Positions 24,730 through 37,986 of a stretch of DNA of 64,000 bases are shown one piece after another. The notes under the pieces are model-generated. The model had not been told where the DNA came from, searched no databases, and was given only the letters and a program-made list of their open reading frames with translations. The position numbers and the translations under genes were made by a program. This DNA is from Eledone cirrhosa (taxonomy: Eukaryota): the NCBI GenBank assembly GCA_964016885.1, contig OZ024744.1:95666001-95730000 (forward strand). Direction: 5' to 3'. How positions within the stretch are numbered: the stretch's first letter is position 1; each line of letters opens with the position of its first letter.

Positions 24730-27700
24730 TCATGAGTTAAAAAATAGTGAATATAGAATATAATTCTGATAGTAACGAAAGTGACACCCCTCAGAATAAA
24801 ATACTGAAAACCACTTTCTATGAAAGAGAATTTCTATCAAAATTATTAAACGATGAGAAATTTTCATCATGGTTGGAATTGAATAAAAAGAAAAGTAAAG
24901 ACAACTCTGAAGTGTGCAATTTTGAGATAGCTGGTAGCTTAAGTCAAATAGCAAGGCATGAAGAGACAGAAAAACACCAAAAGAATACAAAAGTAGTGAA
25001 ACAAACAGTGAAGGTAACAGATTTCATAAAGCTTGCAATGTTCTGCTCACTTAACAAAAATAGCATCAGCTGAGCTGAAAGTGGGGAGTTTTGCTGAGCA
25101 CAATAAGGTATTGTTCTCAAAATAAATAAAACCTCATAGATGCAATATTATGTGAGATAAAGCCTTTACCGCAAGAATACAATAGTAAATATAGAGTAAT
25201 GTAAATGGTAAAGGGTTAAAATAGAAGACATCTGTTATGGTGCCACTGCAGATAGTATTTTGATAAAAAAAACTCTGCCATTTCCTAAAAAGAGTACATG
25301 CCTTCTTTGTCACCCTACCTCCTAGTGAAGCTGGACATGAGAAACACTTTCAACAGCGTTAGATGATCCTCTTCTTGCTCAACTCTTGTACGGAACACCT
25401 AGAATACTTATAGCCACTGACAACAAGATCACTTCCACTATGGGTGTCAAGCAAGGAGACCTACTTAGCCAGCTCCTCTTTGTGCTAGCAGTTGACAACA
25501 TTGCCTGCTCTGCCCAGTTGCCCATCAACATCTGGTACTTGGATGACGTGACCCTGGATGGTTAGGCTGAGTCAGTAGTTGAGGACCTTTAGCAAATGAG
25601 ACCAGCTCTAAAGCTCACTGGACTCGAGATCTACCCATCCACGCCGAAGGTGACGTTGAATTCCATGACGCTATACCCAGAATCTAGCCTGTCTTGTTTG
25701 GGGCTTGGCTCACACCCAAAGACACTGCCCACATTCTTGACTCTCCAATTCACTTGAAAGCCATATGGGAGTGCCTGGAGAGTAAGCACGCAGACCTGTT
25801 GAGGATGATGATGCTGAGGCTCAGTGACGTGCACCTGTCACTCTTTCTCCCGAGGAACTGCTTCGCTCTTCCTAAAGTTCTGTTTCCACTGCCTTGGTAC
25901 CTTCTCATAAATCACCTCGGTGAATTTGATGCCACCATCCGGTGCTGTGTGGAACTCATCTGCAATGTCAGTCTTGACAGCGCTAGCTGGCATCAGGCGA
26001 TGCTCCCAGATCTTGCACTGCTGGCCTATTTCTCCTCAATCTCCTCAGTGAGGTCCTCAGCAAGAAGGCAGAATCTGATGTGACCCAAGAACTGGGAGCT
26101 GGCTCTGGCCAACTAGACTAGTGAAGGTCTCTCCGTTCCCCAGTATACAAATATCCAATGTAAATGGGATGAAATCAAGTGCAAATCTACTTTCAGGTGG
26201 ATTGAGTCTAGCCTGGACCAACACTGCCTCACCTGCCTTCATTCCACCCCGCAGCCAAATAGTGACACGTGGCTCAATTCTTGATGATGAATGCACTCAC
26301 ATTGGAGCAGCCCAACGCCTCAGTGTGTGTGAGCCACATACATACTGTTGTGGAGCTCTCGTTGAAGAGTTTGGCCTTCAGCCATAATCATGTCATAAGA
26401 GCACAGCCCCCCCCCCCCCCCCCCCCCCACATGCCACTCTCAATGACATAATGAGGAACCTCAACACAGCCGGCTTCTCGTCACAATTGGAGCTAGTAGG
26501 CTTCAACCATGGTGACAGCAAATGCCCCGACAGAATTACCCCTCTTCCCTTCTGAAGGAGTTAAATCCCTTATCTGGTATGTGACATGCTTTTGTTGTTT
26601 GGATGAAAACGTCCATGTTTCACTTCCATATAGCAAGATTGGAAGAGTCTGATTTGGGTGTGGTTGGAAATATTTGAGTGCCAAACTTGATCCATCTTGT
26701 TGCAAGCTGACCATGCTTAGGCCTTTCTGGTGGCGAAATCCTTCTCAGAGTCAATGATCCAGGACCGAAGATACTTGAAATCCTCGACTTGCTTGATATC
26801 ACTGCTATTGATTGCTTTGATGTTGTTGCCTGTACAGTGCGATATGTACTCTGTTTTACCCTCATTGAGCTGAAAGCCAGAGGACAGGAAGACAAGCTAA
26901 TACTGGAAATTGTCCGGCCGCTTCCTCTTTGCACCAGGAGTCCCTGGACCCCAGACATCTGACCTCTTCCGTGAAATGGGATTGATGTCAACCTGTCTAA
27001 GGAAGGAGTCCCGCGAGGTATGATGGCTGTTACAGCATGTATCGCTGGCCACTGTCCATGGGGTACAGCTGAAACACCTCTCTGACCTAGGTGTAGAGAC
27101 TGTCACCCCCTCCCCTTCCTTTGTCTAAGTCCTTACTCCTCTCCTCCTTTATGGCATTTATAGTCCTTTCCAATGCTGATTTCCCAAAAAGAGTCACAAG
27201 AACTTCAAAATTATTCAGTTTCTATGTGTGACTTTCAAAACAAATGATGCAACACTTCTTATCATGTGATATGTTAACAAATTTAGAGTTACCTGAAGCT
27301 TTAGACCTGGCCAATGTTATTGAAACTAATCCAAAATCGATCATACCATTGATAATGAAATTTTCAAATCTTGTGTATGGAGACCAATATGAACAAATAA
27401 ATAGAAAATGGAGGGAACCGACGCTCTTAATGCACAAAACAAGCCTGAGAAATACTGGTTTTTTGTTTCTCAAGAAAAATTTGATGACATGCAAGGTTCG
27501 GCTGAAAAGTTCATAGGTTGACCAAGGTACTCTCATGGAATGACCAACTGAGGTTTATTTTTGCAACACAGTCCCTGGAAATAATAAGAAGAGTTGAAAT
27601 TAATGCAAGGAAGATTTCACTTCACAGTTCTAACATCACTCCTTCATAGCTAGCTTATGAACTGTTCAGCCAATCCTTGTATATTGATTGCTACCTGATC

Positions 27701-27930
27701 CTATATACCTTAATGATGCAACTTCTTTCATTTTGTCACATCCTTCAGTAGCTGCAGAAAGAACCTTTTCCCTTCTCAACAACATAACCCCCCTCAAAAT
27801 ACTTAAAAACATTAATAGTAAATGCCTGATGATATGACCAGTCAACCCTGAGGCCTTTTGGCTAACAGTCAGGAACCTTTGAAATGGCAAGAGTTCAGCC
27901 GGCAGGTCCTGACTCTTTATAATATATATA
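24730..27930 (+). pseudogene. Decayed hAT-like transposase split by nested insertions
   Basis: N-terminal zinc-finger-like ...SWL...C...IARHEETEKHQK at 24747-25073. The hAT dimerisation motif SVAAERTFSLLN is at about 27745-27785. Confidence 0.6.
25280..27120 (+). mobile_element. Decayed CRE-like (RLE-type) non-LTR retrotransposon
   Basis: GVKQGDLLSQLLFVLAVD, NIWYLDDVTL, a C..CG zinc-knuckle remnant, a PD..T..P...G..L.W..TC nuclease remnant and WLLQ.VSLA.V.G at the 3' end. Confidence 0.7.
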
Positions 27931-28194
27931 TATATAAGATTGATCGACTTTCGTCAAATCGGACCGAGGAAACAATGTTTTCGTCAGTCTTTCCAGTTGC
28001 TAACACTATCTATTGGTCGCAACTCCAGGTAGAAGGAACAATGTGAAATAAAGTGTCTTGCTCAAGGACATAACACATCGCCCGGGCCAGGAATCGAACT
28101 CACAACCTCAAGATTGTGAATCCAATTCCCTAACAACTCAGCAAAACGCCTTCACAATATATATATATCTATAATATATATATAATATACATAT

Positions 28195-28727
28195 CATCAT
28201 CATCATCATCATCATTTTACGTCCGCTTTTCCCTGCTTGCAAGGGTGGGACGGGTCTTATTCAGCACAGCATCTCTCCACTCGTCACGGTCCCTCGTCAT
28301 CTCCACCGTGAGCTTCAATGATCTGAGGTCTGTTCTCACCACCTCCGCCCATGTTTTTCGTGGTCTACCTCTACCACGTCTTCCTTCAACTGGCATTTCC
28401 TGGCACTTCTTCACCCATCGGTCATCCTCCATGCGCATCACATGTCCATACCACCTCAGTCTCCTCTCCCGTACACTACATTCTATCCCTCTCAGACACA
28501 GTTTCTCTCTCAACACATTTATGCTGGGTCGTTCACGCACATTTACACTGCACATCCAACGGAGCATGCTTGCCTCATTTCTCTCCAGCCGTCGCATATC
28601 TTCTGCGGTAGCTGCCCATGTCTCACTACCATGCAGCATCGCGCTCCTCACACAGGCATCATACAACCGGCCTTTCGTACGCAGGGAGAAACCCTTCTTC
28701 GTCAACAGAGGAAGCAGCTCCCTAAAC
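28195..28727 (-). mobile_element. RTE LINE 3' fragment, subfamily B
   Basis: GRLYDACVRSAMLHGSETWA...GRGRPRKTW...KTRPTLASREKRT* followed by (GAT)n. Confidence 0.92.
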
Positions 28728-28942
28728 TATAATATATATAATATATATAATATACATATATATATTTATATTATATATATATATATAATATATATATATA
28801 TATAATATATATATATTTATATAATATATATATCTAACCCATGCTAGCGTGGAAAATGGACGTTAAACGAAGATGATGATGATATATATAATATATTATA
28901 TATATATATAATATATTATATATATATAATATATTATATATT

Positions 28943-30477
28943 AGCAGCATCATCGTTAACTGTTATAAGGGTAAAGGAGATGCCCTAGATAGGGGTAACT
29001 ATAGAGGCATTACATTAATCGACCAGGTCATGAAGGTCACAGAAAAAGTAATAGCGCAACTAATCAGAGAGCGAATTGACCTAGATGAAATGCAGTTCGG
29101 GTTTGTGTCAGGCAAAAGTACCACAGACGCTCTTTTCATTGTACGACAACTACAGGAGAAGTACCTAGCTAAAAGTAAACCCCTATACTTAGCTTTTGTC
29201 GACTTGGAGAAAGCCTTCGACAGAGTCCCCCGTTCCATTATCTGGTGGGCCCTTAGAAAACTAGGTGTCGACGAATAGCTTGTGAGAGCTATACAAGCCA
29301 TGTATAAAGAAACAGTCAGCAAGGTTAGAATTAACAACGAATATAGTGAAAAGTTTAGCGTAAAAGTTGGCGTCCATCAGGGCTCTGTTCTCAGCCCCCT
29401 ACTATTTATTATTGCCCTTCAGGCTATAACAGAGGAGTTCAAGACCGGCTGCCCATGGGAACTCCTATACGCTGATGATCTAACGCTCATAGCTGAATCA
29501 ATGGCTGAACTAGAGAAGAAATTCCAAACATGGAAGCACGGCCTAGAATCAAAAGGCCTTAAAATTAATCTGGCTAAGACCAAAGTTCTAGTTTGTAGGA
29601 AAGAAAATAAGGCGGCGGTCCCTTCCGGGAAGTGGCCATGCTCAGTGTGTAGGAAAGGCGTAGGTAGAAACTCCATTTTATGTCAGAAATGCAAAGTATG
29701 GGTGCATAAAAGATGTAGTGGGATCACAGGTAAGCTAACTAAGAACATAGATTTCACATGTGGCCGGTGCTCTGGTGCAATAAGTAGCAGCAAGTGCCCA
29801 CAAGTGCAAAGCATAAACGAACTAAGGAAAAAATTAGAAATAAGAGGGATCAGATGTTGTTTACTCGAGAGAAGGCTACATTGGTATGGACACGTGATGT
29901 GCATGAAAGTCGATAGCTGTATAACAAAGTGCAGGGCAATAAAGATAGACGGTAGCCACGGAATAGGCAGACCTAGAAAAACCTGGGACGAGTTGATAAA
30001 CTCCGACCTCACACACTTACACCTCTCCAAGACAATGTCACTGGACCGAGACCTTTGGCGGTACTCAGTAATAGAGAAGACCCGCCTTACCTAAATACAT
30101 AGTAAAACCTACATCTCTAACAAAATACACCCCTGTCCCACCACCCCCACCCCATCCACACCGCCCCTTTCAATGTAAAGTTATGTTGGTACCACACCAT
30201 CCAGGCCGAAACAAATGAGATCGTGTAGGTGTCACGACAAAAAAACACACAGTCCACGCTGTAATGTGGCCGTGTAGGCAACACGGTAAAAACCTCCCAG
30301 TCCCACACTGTAGATGTGGTTGGTGTTAGGAAGGGCATCCAGCTGTAGAAAACCCGCCAAACAGTCCTATGCGAGCAAGACAATCACTCTTGCCTCAAGT
30401 GGGAAAACCCCCGTCCAACCCCATGCAAGCATGGAACACGGACGTTAAACGATGATGATGATGATGATGATGATGAC
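28943..30477 (+). mobile_element. 5'-truncated RTE LINE, subfamily A, with an internal deletion near 29800
   Basis: Near-identical to 19061-20930 in the opposite orientation. YADD motif, same 3' UTR and tail. Confidence 0.95.
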
Positions 30478-30492
30478 ATATATATATATATA

Positions 30493-31798
30493 CAGGGTGT
30501 TCGGGATAAATTTGACAGTTTCATCAGGAAAAAGAAAAAGTGCTTGGTATCTACAAAATTTATTTGATTTAAAAGAAATTCAATGGACAAGGAAATTACA
30601 CTATTGTCAAAGAGTTTTACTCAAAATAACCTCCATTAGCGTCTATTACAGCCTCAATCCGGGCCCGGGACCTGGAGCAAGCTGATTTTACACTTTCCCT
30701 GGGAAGGCCCTCAAAAACTACTTTAATTCTGTCGATTAACTGGGCTTTTGTAGTACTGGCACTGCGATTGGTGTCTTTCTCTACAGCGCCCCATACATAA
30801 TAGTCCATCGGGTTAAGATCAGGGGAGTTCGGAGGCCAAACATTGGGACTGGTGTAGTCGTAAAAATTGGCTGACAACCATTTTTGACTTTTCCCTGAGG
30901 TGTGGCAGAGGGCCGAATCCTGCTGCCATACATACGGCCTATTATTGGCTACCCTTGTTATCCAGGGCTTAACTACAGTGGTTAGCAATTCCACGTAGGC
31001 ATCTGAATTCAACCTGAGACCCTGTTTGAAAAAATGCGGAGGCATCACATCACCCTTGGAGGACACACATCTCAAAACCATGACAGTTTGGGAAAATTTA
31101 GTCTGCATGACTCGAGGAGTGTCCTTTGGACTGTATGCAAGTCATCTGTTATTCTGCATGTTGTGTTTTTGATCTTGGCAAAAGTTTTTCTCATCGGAAA
31201 AGAACCAGATTGTTTGTGCTTCAGCAGGATGTTTCACTTTGCTCAGAAGTTTCTTCGCCTTTGTCAGACGATTTTCGCGGGCCTTTTCTGTGAGAAGTTG
31301 ACCTCTGCGACGCTTGTATGAGTAGTAGCGAAGGTCTTCATTGAGTGCAATTTTCATAGTAGAGGCTGAAACATTCAATTCAAGCGACAAAGACCGAATT
31401 CCGATGCCAGGGTCCTCCAACACTTTTTTCTGCAGATTTTAGATGAATTCTGCTGTGCGAGAGCAATCAGATCTTCTGTTATGTTTCTTTCTTCTAGCCA
31501 CAGCCTCGTAGTCTCCATTGCAATTCTCCAGTTCATGCCGGAATGTTTTTACAGTGTTCAGGGAGCATTGAGCAGCGACCATAATCTCCTTATTTTGATG
31601 GCCGGCGCGAATCATCATGATACAAGTTATTCTCTTCCATGATTCAGGTGGCTCCCAGTCATCCATTCTCGTTGTCATCACATATATGAATGAAGGAGGG
31701 TTTAAACTTTCAAATAAAGCCTAGTGGGCATGAATGAATTTAAAACATCTGAAAAAACAACCAAATATTATTCTGTCAAATTTATCCCGAACACCCTG
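30493..31798 (-). mobile_element. Full-length Tc1/mariner-superfamily transposon, DD37D (maT) family; transposase 31681-30617 with two in-frame stops
   Basis: Perfect 26-bp TIRs CAGGGTGTTCGGGATAAATTTGACAG with TA flanks. FSDEK...QQDSA...SPDLNPMDY has 37 residues between the 2nd and 3rd D. All three ORF pieces share one frame. Confidence 0.95.
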
Positions 31799-31846
31799 TA
31801 TATATACATACATGCACACATATATATATGTATGTATGGATTCACC

Positions 31847-31944
31847 GAACAAACGAGCAACGATGGTTGCTAGACACTACGGCTTAATACGGGATGTTTG
31901 TTTACAAACACACCAAGCATTATAATAAATGTTCGGTGAATCCA
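31847..31944. mobile_element. Tiny MITE-like element
   Basis: Terminal inverted repeats TGGATTCACCGAAC / GTTCGGTGAATCCA. Confidence 0.55.
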
Positions 31945-32044
31945 CATGTACATATATATATGTGTGCATGTATGTATATATATACATACTACTGTACGTC
32001 TGTATACATATATATATGTACGTGTACATACTTATATATAATAT

Positions 32045-32665
32045 ATATTTATTAAAATAACAGATTAAAGTTTAAGCAAAGTATCGCTGCTTTCACCCTT
32101 AACTGGATCTTCTGAAACTAAAAAAGTCCATCCTTATCGAGCCCTCTTTGGATTTTAGTCTTCAAATTTATTATTATTATTATATAATATATATATATCT
32201 AATATCTATCTCTCTCTATATATATAATATATATATAGTAATAATAATAAATTTGAAGACTAAAATCCAAAGAAGGCCTGATAAGGATAAATATTTATTA
32301 AAATAACAGATTAAAGTTTAAGCAAAGAATCGCTGCTTTCACCCTTAGCGGGATCTTCTGAAACTAAAGAAGACAATACTTTTGTTCGTGGAGATGTTCC
32401 GCAGACAATGAATGGAAAAAAAGCAAAGATAATACGTCATTATTTGGAGCGGTGAGAACAATTACTCGCAAAAACAAAACTATGTTTATGGTGTAAATGA
32501 AGTCGTAGACTAATATTCTATTTAGGTGGTTCGTGGAGACGTTCCCTGGCAATGATCGGAAAAAAAGCGAAGATAATACGTCATTATGTGGAACGATGAG
32601 AACAATTACACGCAAAGACAAAAGCACGTTTATGGTATAAATGAAGTCATAGACTAAAATTCTAT
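32045..32665 (-). mobile_element. Penelope-like pseudo-LTR remnant with two CAGAAGA-core hammerhead folds (32045-32119, 32291-32365), an inverted segment and 2x ~145-bp tandem
   Basis: Same sequence as 23249-23430. 32130-32180 is inverted at 32238-32290. Confidence 0.6.
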
Positions 32666-32877
32666 TTAGGAAACCGAATGATTCTCGGCTTCAGAGTTAA
32701 GAATAATGTAAATAAATTACAGAGGTTATTGAAATCAACAATAATTAAATATATACATACATGCATCCATATACGTACATACACATGCATATGCGAAAAC
32801 ATCCGCCATGGTATGCATATACAAGCAAGTACACAAAAACACGCACACACATACAAATATATATAATATATATATAT

Positions 32878-33220
32878 GTGGAGGCACATGGCTTAGTGGT
32901 TAGAGCATTGGCCTTGCAATCGAAAGGTTGTGAGTTCAATTCTCAGACCGGGTGATGTGTTGTTTCCTTGAGCAAGACACTTTATTTCACATTGCTCCAA
33001 TTTACTCAGCTGTAGAAATGATATGATAGGGACGGGGGTCCCTATCATTCCACTGCAAAGTGGTCGTGGAGGTGCCACAGCAAAAAAAAGCACCCAGCAC
33101 TCACTGTAAATGAGGTTGGTGTTAGGAAGGGCATCCAGCTGTAGAAATCAAGCCAGAATCAGTTACCGTCCCACCCTTGCAAGCAGGGAAAAGTGGACGT
33201 AAAACTGATGATGATGATGA
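32878..33220 (+). mobile_element. Full-length tRNA-derived SINE with RTE-B 3' end
   Basis: GGAGGCACATGGCTTAGTGGTTAGAGC...GAGTTCAATTC head. The tail CCGTCCCACCCTTGCAAGCAGGGAAAAG.GGACGTAAAA(TGA)n is shared with the RTE-B ORF end. Confidence 0.9.
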
Positions 33221-34199
33221 TATACATTCCGATTGCATTCGTTAGCTTAGCTGCAGCCAGAGCTTCGATTATGCTGTACTTCCATTGGTATTATTATCTC
33301 CTAGACTTAATGATTAATTGATTAATTTAATTAGACAATTCTATTGATTGGTTAATTGTTTATGTTTGTTTAATAACATCTGGTAGAGAGCTTTATTTGG
33401 TTTGTGGAAAGGAATTTATTCCTTTGTTCAAATTTTGAATTTTGACCGCCAAAACCGGGGGTTACCTCCCTTTGGGAAAACCACGTGACTGCCAGCGGTG
33501 TTTACTGCTAATATTCACAACCAGAGCAGCTGAGAACGAAAACTCGTTGAAAAAGTAAATCCTCTGTTCGATCTTCCAAAACCAATAACTTGCAGGCCCC
33601 ACAAGTGGATTTTGTTGATTTCGGATTTACAGAAACCTAGCGGAGATATTGCGTAATATCGACGCGATGGTCCAGGTTTGTCATATTTTCCTGAGTCAGT
33701 CTCCTCATTGCTTTGTTCCTTGCGGCTGGCTTGCTGGTCGCTGTCTTCAATTTGCAAAGCTGTCTAAACGTAATGTTATAACTCTAAGGTAAAATACCTT
33801 ATTGAGTGCTTAGCTGCACATTCCGATTGCATTCGTTAGCTTAGCTGCAGCCAGAGCTTCAATTATGCTTTACTTCCTTTTGTATATATATATATATATA
33901 AAAATAACATTCTAGTTATAACTTTTTCGGGAACATTCTTCCTTCTTCTCCTCTACTCTGCCCCCCCCCCCCCCCGCCCAATGCATTGTTTATAAGCCTA
34001 CATGTCCTCTCACCCCCCCCTCTCTTTCAGTAAAATGAACCTGTCGGTGGTAAAAAATTTCAGAATTCTTCGAATCTTCATCTCTGCCGAAGGGACGCCA
34101 TTTTCTTGTCTCTCCATGTTTTACCCAGTCCATTTACTTAGAATCCAATCTTTCAATTTTATTCGATAATTCTGTCAGACCCTCAAAAACAATCTTGTA

Positions 34200-37100
34200 T
34201 TTAAACTCTGATTACTGTTATACTGTTATACGTTCGTTTAAATTATGGCCGAATTTGTAGGTTTGTAGGTTTAGATTATATAAAAATAACCTTCTAGTTA
34301 AACCCCCCCCCCCCCACCATTATTAGATGGTTCAATCATAATTCTCTTACCAATCTCTTTCACAAAACCGCCGCCTCGGCTCTTCACTCCTTAAGTTTAA
34401 ACCTGGTTGCCTTCGATATGCTAGATGAACTATAGAATTCTAGAGAGTATGAGGAATCTGGACACTCAATGACAATGTCAAAGATAAAGATAAATTCACC
34501 TCATGTTGCTGGACGAAAATGCAAGGATTCCTCTTTATTTCAGATGCGGATGACAAACATAACCCCATCTCCTCACCCCTCCCTACACCCCTAACCCATC
34601 CCTTCCACCTGCCAAACGAAATCCAAAACTTCAGAGTTGGTACCATGAATGTAGGAACTTTAAAGAGTCGCTCTAACGAGGTTGTAGAGATGCTTGAACG
34701 TAAGGAAGTTGATGCTTGTTGTGTCCAAGAGACTAGGTGGAGGGGTGGGTCTGCTAGATTCATTGTGGGTAAAAAACGATGCTATAAACTTTTCTGGGTG
34801 GGAAATGAAAATGGGCTGGGTGGAGTAGGAATTATGTTAGCAGAAAAATGGGTAGATAAGTTAATTGATGTAAATAGAGTGAACGACAGAATAATTAAAA
34901 TAAGACTAGTTCTAAATATACTGTGATAATAATATCCGCATATGCACCCCAATCTGGCCTACTTGACATTATAAAAGACAGATTCTATGAGTCGCTAATG
35001 CTCACTACCTCCCAAATAACCGACAGTGACTACATAATTATTGTTGGCGACCTAAATGGTCATGTTGGACAACATTGTGACGGCTATGATGGAATCCATG
35101 GAGGCTACGGGTTTGGTACCAGAAATGAGGAAGGCTTCAAAATCCTGGAATTCTGCGATGCAAATAACCTAACTATCTGTAACACAAACTTAAAAAAACG
35201 AGACAATCACTTGATCACCTATAGATCAGAGGAACACGCCAGTCAGACATTATATTCTTACCAGAAGACGTGACAGAGTGTCTGTTGTAAACACTAAATC
35301 CCTCCCCCGCGAAGAATGCACCTCCCAACATAGCCTCATAGTTAGTGACCTCATAGTCAGGACGACACGTACTTGACGACAGAGGAGGACTACCCTGAGA
35401 AGAAGAATATGGAAGCTAAAGGACCCCACAGCCAGTAACAAATTTAAAAGCATATTACTCGATGCTTTTGACAGTAAGGAAGAGCAATTAGAGACGTACA
35501 GTATAGAGGAACAGTGGGAATTCCTGAAAGTTAACCTGCTGAAAGCGACAGATGAAATCTGTGGCTGGAGCAGGCCTATAGGCAGGAGGAGAGTAACATG
35601 GTGGTGGAACAGTAAGGTGGAGGAGTCAATCAAGGCCAAGAAGCAGGCTTGGAAAGTATGGCGAGATGGGGGAAGTAGAGAACACTATCAAACGGCAAGG
35701 AGGGACGCTAGAAGACAAGTGTACCTTGCAAGAAGGGAAGCAGAGGAAAGAAAGTTCAAGCATGTTCTACAATGCGAGGACCAAAAACGTGAGGTGTTCA
35801 GGATTGTTAGACAATGTGTCAAGGAAAACCGAGATATTGTCGTGGAGAAGTGTGTCCCTAATGATGATGGTGTACTTGCCATCACTGATACTGATAAGAA
35901 GGTAGCTTGAAAGTGTCACTACGAGAGGCTATTAAATGAGGAGAATAAGTGGGAAAAAGATATTCTGCCCTAAATCAATCTAACAGAGGGACCAGCAGTG
36001 CAAGTTGAAGGTATTATAATAAGTAAGGCAATCAAAGATATGAAGAGAGGCAAAGCAGCTGGGCCTTCGGAGAAGGTTGCTGAAATGCTGAAAGCATCTC
36101 GATCAGTGGGACACACTATGGTCACCCGGATAATAAACCAAGTCATACAGAATGGGGTCATACCAAATGACTGGCGTAGCATCATCATCATTAACTGCTA
36201 CAAGGGTAAAGGAAATGCCCTAGATAAGGGAAACTATAGAGGCATTAAATTAATTGACCAGGTCATGAAGGTCACAGAAAAAGTTATAGCGCAAATCAGA
36301 GAGCGAATTGGTCTAGATAAAATGCAGTTTGGGTTTGTGTCAGGTAAAAGTACCACAGACACACTTTTCCTTATACGCCAACTACAGGAGAAGTACCTAG
36401 CTAAAAGTAAAGCCCTATACTTAGCTTTTGTTGACTTGGAGAAAGCCTTTAACAGAGTCCCCCGCTCCATTATCTGGTTGGCTCTTAGAAAACTAGGTCT
36501 TGATGAATGGCTTGTGAGAGCTATACAAGCCATTTATAAAGAAACAGTCAGCAAGGTTAGAATTAACAACGAATATATTGAAGAATTTAACGTAAAAGTC
36601 GGTGTTCATCAGGGCTCTGTCTTTCGCCCCCTCCTATTTATTATTGCCCTTCAGGCTATAACAGAGTTCAAGACCGGCTGCCCATGGGAACTCCTATATG
36701 CAGATGATCTAACGCTCATAGCTGAATCAATGGCTGAACTAGAGAAGAAATTCCAAACATGGAAGCATGGCCTAGAATCAAAAGGCCTTATAATTAACTT
36801 GTCTAAGACTAAAGTTCTAGTATGTAGGAAGGAAAATAGGGCACCGGCCCCATCTGGGAAATGACCATACTTAGTGTGTAGGAAAGGAGTAGGCAGAAAC
36901 TCCATTTTATGTCCCAAATGCTAAGTATGGGTGCATAAAAGATGTAGTGGGATCACAGGTAAGCTAACTAAGAATATAGATTTTATATGTGGCCGGTGCT
37001 CTGGTGCAATAAGTAGCAGTAGGTGCCCACAGAATACTAGCTCATTCCATTGCACAGATGGTTCTATAGAAATAGTGGACACCTTCCGTTACCTGGGTGA

Positions 37101-37412
37101 CAAAATCAGCAGTGGTGGAGGGTGCTCTGAAAGTACAGTAGCTAGAGTCAGAACGAGATGGAAAAAGTTCAGAGAGCTTATACCACTATTAGCAGCTAAA
37201 GGGTTCTCTCTAAAAATGAAAGGCAGGCTGTATGATGCCTGCATACGAACAGCAATGTTACATGGCAGTGAGACCTGGGCATTGTGTGCAGAGGATATAC
37301 GCAGACTGGAGAGGAACGAAGCTCGTATGCTCTGCTGGATGTGTAATAGTAATATACGTGAACGGCGAAGCATAAACGAACTAAGGGAGAAATTAGGAAT
37401 AAGTGGTCTATC
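34200..37412 (+). mobile_element. RTE LINE subfamily A, APE+RT with many stops, 3' end lost
   Basis: ORFs 34519-37443 are homologous to 22617-19448. The element breaks off at the start of the duplicated block. Confidence 0.93.
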
Positions 37413-37484
37413 TCAGGTTACACAACATAGGGGAGTTAAATGATCCAGTGTTAATAAGATTGTCATTGAGCAAATGATGGATAA

Positions 37485-37865
37485 TAATAATTGTTTCTAC
37501 TTTTGGCACAAGGTCAGCAATTACCCCAGTGCATCACTGGTACTTTATTTTATCGACCCTGTAAGGATGAAAGGTAAAGTTAACTTCAGTGGGATTTGAA
37601 CTCAGAACGTAAATGGCCATAACTCTATGCTGCAAAACATGGTGCCGGACGCTCTACCGATTTTGCCAATAATAATAATTGTTTCTACTCTTGGCACAAG
37701 GCCAGCAATTACCCCAGTGCATTACTGGTACTTTATTTTATTGAACCCCGTAAGGATGAAAGGCAAAGATAACTCGACGGAATTTGAACTCAGAACGTAA
37801 AGGGCAATAACTATGCTGCAAAGCATAGTGTCTGACGCTCTACCGATTACTGTCAATCCACCGCC
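37485..37865 (-). mobile_element. Two tandem tRNA-derived SINEs with a Meta-like domain; other copies near 39613, 40222, 40410, 40940, 43766, 44695, 55895, 59253, 62880
   Basis: GAGTTCAAATCC B-box followed by TTTGCCTTTCATCCTTACGGGGTCGATAAAATAAAGTACCAG. Confidence 0.82.
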
Positions 37866-37986
37866 ATGAAGGATTAAAATAATGATGGTCTCTAATTTAA
37901 CCCTTTAACCGGCTGTAACTGGTCACTCAAACTGATGTTAAGGTATTGTTCTCAAAATAAATTCTTTCAAAATCTCATAGATTCGA

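Noticed and set aside
32878-32952. Possible tRNA gene (GCA anticodon-like loop)
   Set aside because: The acceptor stem is not closed and it runs into a SINE body and tail. It is a multi-copy SINE head.
33520-33570. CTGAGA...GAAA hammerhead-like string
   Set aside because: Core spacing is wrong and stem III cannot form.
33776-33792. Resemblance to the 28S rRNA R2/homing-endonuclease target (TAACTCT..AAGGTA)
   Set aside because: A short imperfect match with no flanking rRNA sequence.
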